This document shows positions 40,078-52,740 of a DNA stretch of 64,000 bases, piece by piece. The translations under genes and the position numbers were made by a program. The notes beneath the pieces were generated by a model. That model ran no database searches and was not told the origin of the DNA. It was given only the letters and a program-made list of their open reading frames with translations. How positions within the stretch are numbered: the first letter of the stretch is position 1; each line of letters starts with the position of its first letter. The stretch lies in NCBI RefSeq assembly GCF_009914755.1, contig NC_060937.1; one strand, given 5' to 3'. This stretch comes from the human T2T-CHM13v2.0 reference genome, Homo sapiens.

Positions 40078-40616
40078 TTGATTACATATGCAAACACATA
40101 AGAGAGGAATACCATAAATTATTTCTAGAAACACAATCTATTATACATTTTAATATGAATAATAACCAAGGATACCAGCATATAAAAAAATCAGTATAAA
40201 TGAGAATAACACTTCATCATCGAGGAACAGTTAGCAGAAAATATATAAAAATATATAACAGCTAGTGTCATCACTATGCATTCCTAAAGAACATAAAGAA
40301 TATGCCCTAAACAAAATACACAACTTCCAAATAAATGTATAAATACAGGCAACAACCTTTTCTGCCATTAATAGCATCAATGATTTTAATCACAACATTG
40401 ATCAGAAAATGGGTCTCTTGATTAAGCAATCAGTAAGATGACGTTTAATCTTTTGGAGACTTACATCAAGTATAACACTGCAGTTATGGTGAATTACAAA
40501 TAGATAAAGAGTGTATCAACCCAAATGGCCCAATATTTGACAAGAGATTCCGAGAGAAGAGAGAAAATGTAGAACCTGAAATTTCCAGACTAATCATATA
40601 TTAGACGTATTCATGG

Positions 40617-42449
40617 TGTTACAGGCTCCTTCAGGTGTTGCTTCACCAGCCAGAAACCTTTGTTGCCAGCGGCGCCTCTGTTTGAGTTTTGCTACTGCCC
40701 GCTGGGCTCATTCGGCACACTTGGCCCGGCAGCCTGCATTGGCTCACCCTACCAACCTCACAAAATTTCATGAGACGTGTGAATCCCATGCCCGCCAAAG
40801 GCGAGCCAGATGTGGAGCAGCGAAGGATGTGTGAGCGAGCAAGCGAGGGCTCCGGCCACTGCGCACAGCCAGGTGTGCCGGCGGCTGTGGTGGGGCGGGC
40901 ATCTCCAGGCGCCGGCACAGGCACCGGCTGCTTGCAAGGCTGTGCCTGGACCAGGCGTACTGCACTGGACTTCTGCTGCAGGCACCAGCGTCTGGCCGAG
41001 GGGAATGTGGTGGTGGCTGGAAAGCTTGGAGAGGCCAGGAGTCGCAGAGCCCCAAAGAGGGTGTTACAGTATGGCACAGCCCTGACTCAGGGAACCTTGA
41101 GGTCTGGGATCCCAGAAGTGCCACAGCTCTTCTCTCCCTCTCATCTCCTGCATCACGGTGGGCGGCGCATATTTCAGGGGGCTGTGTTTCAGCCCATTTG
41201 TGTTATAGCTCTTTCAGCCATGCCACTCTGCTGTGGTCCATGGCTCCTGGGCTGGCCTGGCCCCATCACTGCTTCCCATCACGTGGGGCGACTCAGAGGG
41301 CGAGAGGGCTATAGTGTTACAGCTCTGGCTTGAGGAATCCTGAGGTCTGGGCCCCGAGAAAGGTCGACACACTTCATTCCTCCAGTCTGGGAGAGTATTC
41401 CCCCCGCACCCCCGCCCACGCCACAACTTGGTGAGCCATCCAGGAAAGTGTTACAGCTACTTTTGTTCCCGCCATTCTGCAGGTTCTAAGTTCTTACCGT
41501 CTTTTCCAGGAAGAATGAGGTTACATGGACAATTGGAGGGTGAACAAGGAGAAGAGGAGCTTTACTGAGTGACAGAACCACTCTCAGCAGAAGAGGGACC
41601 CGAAATGGGCAGCTCCTACCCACAGGCAGGTTGTCCCAATGAGTGTGAGTCTGGCGGAGCCCAGGGATTTTTTTATGGGCTCAGAATGGAGGAAGTGTGT
41701 GCTGATTGGGCCATGGGTGGTCCCGGAAAAAGCACCACTTGATTGGCTGAAAGGCATCAAGGTTGTTCTCAATTTGAGTCGTGATCAGAACCAGGAGGCT
41801 GGCCTTCCAGGTTCAGGCCATTCCTGGCTTGAAGATTCGGCCTCACCGGGGACCCACCCCTTCTTGCCTAGGAACCTGTCTGCCTCCTGCTGTCATCAAC
41901 ATGCTGTCCACTGCACCCAGGCTGTCCATGCCAAGGGTCACATGCAGGCTCGCGCCGAGCTGCCCTCAGCCCCGTCATCTACCTCCCATGCCCTTCAGTG
42001 CCCAAAGTTTCGGCCTCAGAAGCAGTTACCAGAGGGGGTCTAAGCAGCAGGTGGCTGGCATGTCAGCGACGCCCTGAGAACACATACACTCGGCCAGGTT
42101 GTGACAGTGTCCAGGCTCGGCTATCAGGACACATCCACAGTTTTGCTCCATCAAGGAGCTGGTGCTGGAAGGGGGAAGATGCCAGGGAGCCGGAGCAGGC
42201 ACTTCTGAGCCTGCAGGGAGCAGGGGACTTCCCGGCCCCTGAGAGCGCAGGGATGCCCAGGTGCGGAGCCACCGTTGAGAGGCTGCAGCTGCATGCGAGG
42301 GCGTGGGCTGCCATCCCACCAACTCGGTAGGGCGTGGGGCTTCTGCTGGGATCGTCTGTTTCCGGCCCCCACCTGCTCTGCGGAGTGTGCAGCTCCGGCC
42401 AGCCTCTCCCACCGCGGCAGCTGCTGTATATGGCCCACCACCACCATCA
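40617..42449 (-). mobile_element. GC-rich ERV1 solo LTR, MER52-like
   Basis: tgttacagg ... ccatca termini; ccaggaagaatgaggttac, gagctttactgagtgacagaac, atgggctcagaatggaggaagtgtgtgctgattgg; ~1.8 kb with an abrupt GC shift. Confidence 0.85.
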
Positions 42450-42543
42450 AAAAGTTAGGAAAATGTAATGACTCCTTGAAAGTACACCACAAAATAAGTG
42501 TCTATGAGGTTGGATTTTAAAATATTGTGTTTTATGTGTATAT

Positions 42544-42573
42544 GAGAGACAGAAAGAGAGAGAGAGAGAGAGA
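42544..42573. repeat. (GA)n microsatellite
   Basis: Direct reading. Confidence 0.85.
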
Positions 42574-42589
42574 AATAGAATTGGGTCAG

Positions 42590-42790
42590 CTACAAAGGCA
42601 AGAAATCAGACTAATATCAGACTTTTCATCAGTAATACCGGTAGATAAAAGATAATAAAAAAAGGACCGTAATAATTTGGATGTCAATATATCTTGGAAA
42701 TATTATTTCATATCATATATTATATTAATGAAATTGCATAGGTAATTTAATGACTTTAATAGACAAACAGATTTAAAAAATACGCTCATC
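42590..42790 (+). mobile_element. Old L1M/HAL1 ORF1-like fragment
   Basis: aatcagactaatatcagacttttcatcagtaatacc resembles the L1 ORF1 3' region. Confidence 0.45.
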
Positions 42791-43284
42791 ATTTATTCTT
42801 TTTGAGAAAACAAAACACAACTTCAGTCCAACATTAATATTCAAATTAAGAAAGAGAGAATTTAGAACAACAACAACAACAACAAAAAAAAACAGAAAAG
42901 ACCAAACTGAAAATGAGCCAGGATTGTTGTTAAAATTCAAAACAAAACAAATTAGGATAAAGGTACGCTGTATAAAAAGCATTTTTTTTTTCAATTTGAA
43001 AGGCAATAGGTATAAAAATAGCTTCTAATGATGGAAAAGTATCACAAGCTACAGATAAAATACATATAATTTGTATTACCTTAATGAAAAATAAACCCTT
43101 ATTCTCTCGGTGAAAGCAGTTAGAGTCTCTGAATGAAAAATCTTTGTAAAATAAAGTCATCATCAAAATATAAAAGAGGCCAAAAATAAAACATTATTTA
43201 AAAGAGTTGGTGTATAAAAAAGCATAATCCTTTGTATGATATGTTTCTTCTGTGCCTATTTTCTTGAGAAGAAAATCTAAAAAA

Positions 43285-44182
43285 AAAAGAAAAATTCTTC
43301 TTGACATTGGCCTTGGCAGAAAATTCATGGATAAGACTTCAAAAAAATCCAAAAAAAGGTTAAATGGGACTTAATTAAACTAAAATTATTCTGCACATCA
43401 AAAAATAATCTATAGATTGAGCAAAAAACCTGCATAAAGTAGGATGTATTTGCGAACTATGTATCCAACAAATGACTAATATCCAGAGACTACGAAGATC
43501 TGAAACAACTCAAGATAAAAATAAATTCATTTAAAAGTGGGTAGAGATGGAAGCAACCTAAGTGTCCACCAGCAGACTATGCATAAATGAAACATAGTAC
43601 CTATACACAATGGAGTACTATTCAGCCATAAAAAAAGAATTGAGATCCTGTCATGTTTCAGGACAAGATGAAGGTATTTCATAGCACATCAGGGTGACTA
43701 TAGTCAACAATAAGTTAGCATATGTTTAAAAATAACTAAAAGAGTAGAATTGGATATTTTGTAACACAAAGAAAGGATAAATGCTCGAAGTGATGGATAT
43801 TTTATCTACCCTGATGTGACTATTAAGCATCGTGTGCCTGTGTGAAAAGTCTCATGTACCTCATAAATATGTACACCTACTATCTACCCACAACAATTAA
43901 ATATAAAATATTTATTAAGATTAAAAAAGTAGTGGGCAAAGGATATGAACAGACATTTTCAAAAGAAGACATAAAAATGACCAAGAAAATGATAAAAAAT
44001 TCAACATCACTAATCATTTGAAAATAACTAAAACTATGATGAGATACCATCTTACACCAGTCAGAGTGACATCTATTCAACAGTAAAAAATGATAGATGC
44101 TGGTGAGGATGGAGTGAAAAGAAAACACTTATTCACTCTTGGAGAAAGTGTAAGTTAGTATAACCTCTATGAAAAACAGTAT
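43285..44182 (+). mobile_element. Old L1 ORF2 3' fragment interrupted by a second L1 at 43545-43925
   Basis: ttcttcttgacattggccttggca...aaatgggacttaattaaactaaa; resumes gtgggcaaaggatatgaacagacattttc. Confidence 0.8.
43545..43925 (+). mobile_element. L1MA (MA1-4-like) 3' end nested in an older L1
   Basis: ggaagcaacctaagtgtcca...cagggtgactatagtcaacaataa...ctcatgtacctcataaatatgtacacctactat; agtggg on both flanks. Confidence 0.75.
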
Positions 44183-44639
44183 CAGTCATGCACTATCCAG
44201 TTTACTATTATCTCCGATTATATGACATGAGTTCTCATTTATTTCTGTTGATGGTCTTGCCTCTTTAGTTATCTGTTTTTGCAATGTTGCTATAATATTT
44301 TTCATAACTTTATGGAATACAGTGTAACTATGACCTATCTTGATAATTTAAAAGTAAATGCATACCTGAGAGACTTTTTAAAGTAGATAAGAAGAAATAT
44401 TAAGTTGAGGGGAACATGAGGGTCACACATGATGAGTAATCTATAAATAGGTTTTTATAAATGAATAGATTAAAAGATGAAGTCTCATGGATACTATTAA
44501 AAATTGAAAGATAACTCAAAAAGCACATGAAAAGTATAAAATTCAATCACTTAAAGGAAAGGAGAGGTAATCGTGTTTGTAGGCAATTTGAATATTTAAT
44601 TTTCAAAGTGGGATGTCAATATATTATTTAATGTCTAAT

Positions 44640-44862
44640 CAGTGGTCTTTATGGGAGCTATTACCCCCTACCATCCACAGAACATTCTGCAATATCTTGA
44701 GTTATTCTGATGGAAATTGCTTTGATTGGAGTAGGGCAACTACAGGCAACTAGAGAATAGAGACCAGGGATGCTCCAAAACTTCCTTCAAGGCACAAGAA
44801 AGCCCTCTGCAATAAGAATCATCTGGTTCAAAATCCTAATATTTCTGAGGATATGAAATTTT
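44640..44862. mobile_element. MER20 (hAT-Charlie)
   Basis: cagtggtc...tagagaccagggatgctcca...aagaatcatctggttcaaaat. Confidence 0.7.
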
Positions 44863-44877
44863 ATCAAGTTAGTATAT

Positions 44878-45052
44878 CCAGGCAGGACAGAGCATGACAG
44901 CATAAGATTTTATCACACTACTAAGAATGGCACACAATTTAAAACTTATTAATGATTTTAATGGAATTTCCATTTACCATTTTTGAACCATGACTGACCA
45001 CAGGCAATCAAAGCCACAGAAAGCCAACCCGTGGGTAAGTGGATACTATTAC
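44878..45052. mobile_element. MER44/Tigger7 end fragment
   Basis: agattttatcacactactaagaatggcacacaatttaaaacttat. Confidence 0.75.
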
Positions 45053-45054
45053 AT

Positions 45055-46650
45055 AGGATTTTGAGTTAACAATTCTCTTCTTTCAACATCTGAAAAATAT
45101 TTTGCCACTTCCATCTGAACTCATGGTTTTGGGCAACAAACCTCCTGCCTTCTAATTTTTTCTCTGATATCACTTAAACCTGGCTGCTTTCAAAATAGTT
45201 TGATTATAGTTTATACAAGCTTAATTATGAAGTGTATTGGCATGGATTTCTTTGAGGTTATTCTGGTAGACCTTGGTCTGGTTCTTGAATCTGTACTTTT
45301 ATTTATGTATCTTGCCAAATTTGGGAAATTTTTCACCAGTATTTCTTAGAATATAATTTTCGCCCCACTCATTCTTCTACCCTTTCTGTTTTCCAATGTT
45401 AAAAAATTAGATTTTATGTTATAAATGCCTCTTTAATTTTTCAGGGCGTTTTCTGAAAAAAAGAATGTTGCACAGATTCAGTAATAACTATTGTTCTTTT
45501 TTTTTCAACCACTGACTTTTTTTCTTGTCTTCTCCATTTTGTTACTATTGAGCCCATAATCTGAATTTATTGTATTTTCAGTTCTTTCATTTTTTATATC
45601 TTCTATTGTTTGTAAAGACTTTCTATTTCTTTCCTAACACTTCCAATTTTTTTTCACTTGTTTCATTCATGCTCATAATTGCTCACTGAAGCTTCTTTAT
45701 CATGGCTTCTTCAAAATCTTGTCAGATAATTCTACCATTTTGGTGTTGGTATCTATTGGGTGACTTTCTTAATTTAGGTTGAGATCTTGATTATTGGTAT
45801 GATTAATACTTTCTTTTGAAATATGGATGTTTTTATACACTGTCATGTGACCCTGAATCTTAATCTCCTGTTTCAGCTGACATTTTCCGACACTGGTTAG
45901 CATGGAAATGGGGAAGGTTCTGCTTCGTTACTGATAGGTGAAAGTACAAGTTCAGGTTCTCCACTATAAGTTATTTGACAGGCAACAAGCTATTGTCTTC
46001 CTTATTGAAGGGCAGGTGTGAGTTTAACTTAGTTTACACTGACACCATGTGGGACAAGCTGTGTCAAAGCTCTGACTCTCCCCTATACCTCTTCTGACAT
46101 TGTGCCAGTGGAGAGAGGGATAGCGCAATAATGATATCCTGGCTTCTAAACTGACCTTCTTTGAGGTCACTTCAAGGATATTGGGATGCCTTGTTACAGT
46201 GGGGTGAAGCTCACGCTTCCCACTCAGGTTTTGCTTGCATGTGCGGGATTTAGGTTAATGTTTTTTTTGTTGTTGTTTGTTTCTTTTTTGTTGTTGTTTG
46301 TTTCTCCGTGTTGTTTAGATGTAGGGGATTGGTTATTTCTGAAAGTTGTCTGTTATGCTAGCTGCACTCTTCCTGATATTTTGACTAGAGACAGGTGAGT
46401 CTGTGGGGGATAGGGGAGCTAGCTATGGTATTTGTGTTGTCAGTTTCTTCAAGTCAAAATCTGAATTTTTGTGGGAAAAAAAGGAAACCTTAGTGAACTC
46501 AGCATCTTGTCTTTTTGAGGGTCACCAAGTCCTCTCTCCAACTTTTTAGAGCCTTCTTATGTATTTTTGACATGCTTTGTCCAGTTTTTATATTTGTACT
46601 TATTGAAAGAAAGAGAGGACATGTATCAATTCCATCTTCCTGGAAACCAA
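45055..46650 (-). mobile_element. Old L1M 5'/ORF1 region
   Basis: ctggctgctttcaa...ttgaatctgtac...ccaaatttgggaaatttt; ends ccatcttcctggaaacc. Confidence 0.65.
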
Positions 46651-46738
46651 ATTTTTTGTAAATATTAATTTTAAGTTCTATTGAGCTATATATTATCGTA
46701 TTTTTATTATGCATTTGATCTATGCTTAAAATTCTGTT

Positions 46739-46834
46739 TGTAGGGTATAATGTACTCAATTTATAAACATTTACATGTGTTTATATGTTTATAAATTGAG
46801 TAGATTATACCATACAATTTATAAACATTTACAT
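46739..46834. repeat. 32-bp-arm inverted repeat overlapping a 20-bp direct repeat
   Basis: Arms 46739-46770 and 46785-46816 with 2 mismatches; caatttataaacatttacat at 46757 and 46815. Confidence 0.9.
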
Positions 46835-48236
46835 ATCTAAAAGTTGATTAATTCACGAAATAGTGATCTGTTGAGTAACTATTACATAAAAGAAATTAGT
46901 CTGGATGTTGAATTATGAGTATATACTAACATGATACTCATATTTTAGTTGGAGAAGCTATAAAATGAAAAGAAACTTACAAAATAAAATGAATATCTAG
47001 GATAATGTCAGGAAATAACTTTTCAATCAAATATATTCCTTTTATTCAGTAAACTTCCAAGAATTTTTTTGATGAGTTGAAAATTGGGCCATGATATGAA
47101 TAAAGAATTAATTCCTATTTCTTGTGAACCAAAATGATACCTACCTCTCCTTCTCTCTTGCCATAGTACAAATTTGACTTCTCTATGTTGTTATCATGAC
47201 AGAGGAGCCTGAGGTCATTCTGATATTTTATCTTCCATATCCTTTATTCAACTTTTGAAATATATATTTTAATGTTGACATTCAGAAATTTTATTAGAAG
47301 ATACCTAGTTGCTAATTTATTTTCCATTTGTTGATTTTGTTTAATACCCCATAAAATGTCTTCACATAAAGTATATATTTACTTAGCACAGGAAATTTAT
47401 TTTTAACTCTTCACTGTATTGTTGTTTACATTTTTTACATTTACTTCTGTAATTTCTACTATACAAATTTCAAAAAACTATTTTCCAACTTTCTTATAAT
47501 GTTTGCTCATCAATATTAGTTTGGGAATCCTTTTATTTTGAATTAGGAAGAGTGCTAGAGCTGATCCCTGTGTCTCTGTCGCAGTGTTGGTAGGTATATT
47601 AACTATTAGTGCTATATTTTCAAGTTCAGTAATTATGTTTTTCTTGTGAAATAATATTCTGATACATATTTCCTCTTTTATATGTATTATACATAATACA
47701 CATATTTAAAGTATATGCATATATACTATATATTTTTTATATTTTGTATATATAACGTACATATATGTATATATTCCTTTTTAATCTTATTTGGAATACA
47801 ACATTTTTGCAAGAATTCATTATTTTTATTATGTTGATTCTGTTATATCAAGGACCATTTAATATAATTGCTTATAATCATTCCATGATTTATGTTAATA
47901 AAAAATTAGAAGTGCTTTTGTATATTTTCATTTGTAAAAAAAGTTGTCCTGTAACTTTTTTCCTGAAATTGATTTTATAATGGAATATTTTCAGAGACTG
48001 GATTGGCCCATTTTTAAATCATTTTATACCTGTCAATGAGGAGATATATATATATATATATATATGTATATTTTACTTCATTCTGGAATTCTCTAGTGTG
48101 AATATTAGGGAACTTTTACCCTCTCATTATTTGTCTTCCTGCTCTTGTTCCAGGTCCCTTACCTGGAAATTTAGCATTTATTTCAGAAATTAATTTTAAT
48201 GTGAAGAATAATGAATAAATTGCTGGAAGCAGTTAG

Positions 48237-48582
<346 letters not shown>

Positions 48583-50433
48583 GATTCTTGTTTTTATTAA
48601 ATCTATTTCTATGTTGGTTTTGACAACTTTCACTTACTTAGCGTGATGCAACCTCTATTCTCCCTACTATCTGCCTTTTAAAAATCACATTTAAGCAAGG
48701 TCCTCTAATTTGGGTACCTCAGTCCACAGGAAGCAAAACTTGGACATGAAAACTATTGTCAATGTTTCAGTGCAAGAATCAAGTAGAATTCCAGACATTC
48801 TTTTCATAAACTCCCTGTACTAATCCTACTTCATGCTAAAAAAATCTTAATAGTATCATCACAACAATGTTTCCATTTGAGATTTTTCTGAACGAATTAG
48901 ACAGTTATTCCCTCTCTTTGTAACAATTAGTCTTATTTTTCTTGCATCTATATGCCTTTGGGATTCTGAAAAGGCTTTGGGTTAAAAGCAGACATTTGAT
49001 TTCTACATTGTTAGTTCTTAATTAAATATTTTGTCCATTATTTATTTTTAATATAATAAATATCTACCTGAAAACTTGTATGAAAATATTAAATATCACT
49101 TTATTATTTTTCAATATGTAAATGATTTATAATTTTATGACATGTTGGATATTAGAGTACATAAATTCGTTTCAGTAGAAGCATTGCTTTACATTAGAAG
49201 GAATATTATTTACCTAATTAGAGTATTCTTTTCATGAAGGATTTCAAAGGTTTTTTTTTGTTTTATTGTGCATTTGTTTTTGTCAAAAACAGACCAAATA
49301 TAAAGAAATGTAGAGATTAAACCATTGCAAGGCCTGAAATTAGCTACTACCTGCTTAATATTAAGTGATAAAGACCCGATTTCTTCTTAAAATACTTATC
49401 TAAGAAGTGATTTTATTAGAGTTCAAGCAAAATACTTAATATCCTGGCTATTTTACTCTTACTTTGAGGCAACCCTTGTTTCCTTTTTGAAAATGTGTTT
49501 ATGTGTACGTGTGTGTGTTATCAACTTGGAAGTTTCAAAATTATATGGAACTCTGTTTCTCCTTGAGTCACCCTGCTGTGGAGTGTAAATAAATCTAACC
49601 AGCTATTTCCTCAGGCTTATCTGTGTGTCTAACTCCAGTGGAGGTACATGGAAGAACATCCATCTGAGAAGTAAATGAATTGTTCTGCAAACCATGCCTT
49701 ACTGTTAAAATGACGCTATTAAATTCTCAGCTTCATACTTAAAACATCAGCAGGTGGTTTATAATTTTAAAATAAAATATTTAATAAATTACTTGAATGT
49801 GTACCTAATTTATAATATGTGATTTAGTAAAATTATTTATAAATAAAATAGACCCGAGACTAAGAAGCAATGTAATATTTTATTAATTTTGGAGCAAAGC
49901 GAGGTTGTTGCTTCACATGTCCTACTTTTCTCTGACAAATGCTAATCCAGTTTCATTTTGCCATGCCTTAAAGACTAAGTCAAAATTCATAATTGATAAG
50001 AAAAATTGAGTTTTATTATTAGCAACATATCTCCATTTTCTCCTACTTAAGAGTAGTTAAAAAAATCATTAACTATACACATTGAAACCCTCAAATACTA
50101 CAAGGTTACACACAGAAATGAAACACTAGTCTTATATAATTTATTCCATAGAGAAATAGTATTTTTTAAAATTTACAACTACAGCATTCATTGCCATGTT
50201 GAGTATTAGATGGACACACAACTACATATTTACATATGTTTATAACATTTTTTAGTCTTAACTGAATTGCAAATATTTATTTTTAATTGAGTACATTACA
50301 TTCTATTGCAATACTATAAATGTTGTCAAGATTATTACTGAAATACAGTATCTTATTAATTTAAAAGCTCACACATATGGATTTGAGGTTAACTGATGAC
50401 ATTACAGAATATTTACTGAATATAGAAGAATTA

Positions 50434-50737
50434 TTTTTTGTTTTGTTTTGTTTTAGTTTTTTGGAATCAGTCTTATATCTTACTGTGTCCCCCAGGCCAG
50501 AGTGAGTGGCATAGTGGCATGATCCTGGATCGCTCAAGCGATCCTCACACTTCAGCCTCCCGAATAGCTGGGGCCACAGACATGCACCACCATATCTGGC
50601 TAATTTTTCTATATTTGTAGAGATGAGGTTTCACCATGTTACTCAGGCTGGTCTCGAAATCCTGGCCTCCAGTGACTCACCTTGCCTTGACCTCCAAAAC
50701 TGCTGGGATTACAGGCATGACCTGCCGCGCCCAGCCC
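50434..50737 (-). mobile_element. AluJ, internally deleted
   Basis: Diverged dimer lacking part of the right arm after ggcatgatc. Confidence 0.8.
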
Positions 50738-51034
50738 AAACATAATGAGCTCTAAATTTTAGCAAGCAGTTCTTAGGATGGTCAATCATGAAATTCAAGA
50801 GGATCTCTATCTGATGTTATGCTAATATACTAATATAACTAATATCCTAATAACCAATATACTAATCAGTGGACAAAGGTAACATTAAAATGAAAAAGAG
50901 TAATTTATTTGCAGAGGTATTTTAATGTCACACTTTGTTTTAATTTCAAGCATATCATATTTCATGTCATTGGACTGTGCTGGTTATCAATTTATTGAAT
51001 TAGAACTCCACATTCATATTTCATTGCTTGCAGT

Positions 51035-51704
51035 GCAATAATATAGTTTGGCTCTCTAAACATTTTTCCCATGATGCCTCGCACAATCTTAAAATTTACA
51101 GGTAGAAGGTATTGGAGGTTCCTTGAAGGAGAAAGTGGCTTCTCTCCTTCATTCCATTGTGCTTGCGTTCCCTTTTCTCATCTGTCATGACTTCGATATG
51201 GAGAATGTTCATAGTCACTCACCCCCATCCTGTTTCAACATCTCCTCAGGAAACGGCTTCCCAGTGAGTTTCCCTGAGTTCATGGCAAGTTGCATGGTAA
51301 GTCAGAAAGCAGAATTCCAACAATGTCCTTAGGCTTTCCTAAGCATCTCTGCACAAGGTTTTCAGTTAATTTAATCAGCACAACAGAGGATTGTTCACTG
51401 CTTGGTTGTCCTAACTTATGGTACCTCCATGACTTTCCCATCCAGTAACTCAAGGCCAAAAACTCTTCAACACAGTCTGAAATTCGGGTTCTGATTGGAA
51501 TTGAAGGAGCTTTTTCATTTGTTTTTCTTTGTTTCCTCTGTTTCAGCCCTCAAGAGAGTGGTTCTTCCCTATATTTGATATTCTTTTATTCATTAGTGTT
51601 CTTTTAATAATTCACATTTAACCTGTAGTTATTATTTACATGTTAACTTTTCTCTGTCAAATTGTTGTATGGTTTCTATCGCTTGACTTCCCTAAAAGAT
51701 ACAT
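51035..51704 (+). mobile_element. Ancient ERVL-class LTR, family uncertain
   Basis: 3' end ttaacttttctctgtcaaattgttgtatggtttctatc...gataca resembles ERVL LTR ends. Confidence 0.4.
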
Positions 51705-52594
51705 GCATTAACACAGAAAAACAATTAAATTTGACACTAAACTATTTCAAAGTCAGACAATGATCAGATCACTAAGAATAGCCAAAACTATTATTTTACA
51801 CTCTTTTCTTGTTGCTATCTGCTTTATGCAATATCAGTATCATTCAATGCAATTTTTTAAAAGGCAGGAATATGAAATGAGAAGGAAAAAACCTTCAAAT
51901 AAACTTATTTTTTTCAACACTGAGATCAAATACACGATTATGGATCAGAGTGCCTTCCAGCTCTGAGGATGTGGCTGTCCTGTTTTTAAACGTTGGCCAA
52001 CTCATTGCTCAATGTATTTTCTTTCTTGTCTGGAATACACAGGTTTAAAAATACATCTGCATCTAATTTTAAATGTGTACATATCTTGTATTAACTTTTA
52101 AAAAGCAATTAGTCTCAATAAACCGACCTATTTCAATCATAATGATATTTCCATTGCTTTACCAGTTCTGGTCTTTTAACTTTTTAACACTGAGCCTTTT
52201 TTTTTTTCTTAGTTTGATTCCCTGAAAGTTCATTAATAGAGAAAGAGTCTTTAAGAAACAAGTAATATTTTAAGACAGTAATTTGGGAAATTAGATATGG
52301 AATTGATGCTCTTAAATGTAGTAATCAGACCATTCTTTGAAAGCTTAATGATGGATTCAACACATGTTAAGCATACAAAATCACAAGAATATACAATAAT
52401 ATATGTTTGGCAAAAGTTCTAAAGTTGGGAAGAGTTGTTAAAATTTTGATTAGAAAATAATTTTTTGTATCCCACAAATTAGTACCAATCAGTAAAGTTG
52501 AGAATGGGATGACATTAAAATAGTGACAATTAACAGCTTTTTTATATGAAGTATATATAAGTATATATATGAGGTCTATATATTGGATCTACCT

Positions 52595-52740
52595 CAATAG
52601 TCACAACAACACCTTAATGGAAGGTAACTTTCTTACTACTCTTATAGGTGAAGAAGTATAGATTTGTAGTTCATGCAGTATGTCCAAAGTCACACAATTA
52701 ATAAGTGACAGAGGGATGGTTTAAAATCAAGTTATTTAAA
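52595..52740 (-). mobile_element. MIR
   Basis: tcacaacaacacct...tgtccaaagtcacacaattaataagtgacagag. Confidence 0.65.

Noticed and set aside
40613-42520. Dense overlapping ORFs up to 214 aa
   Set aside because: They lie in a GC-rich LTR where stop codons are rare, are open on both strands and show no recognisable domain.
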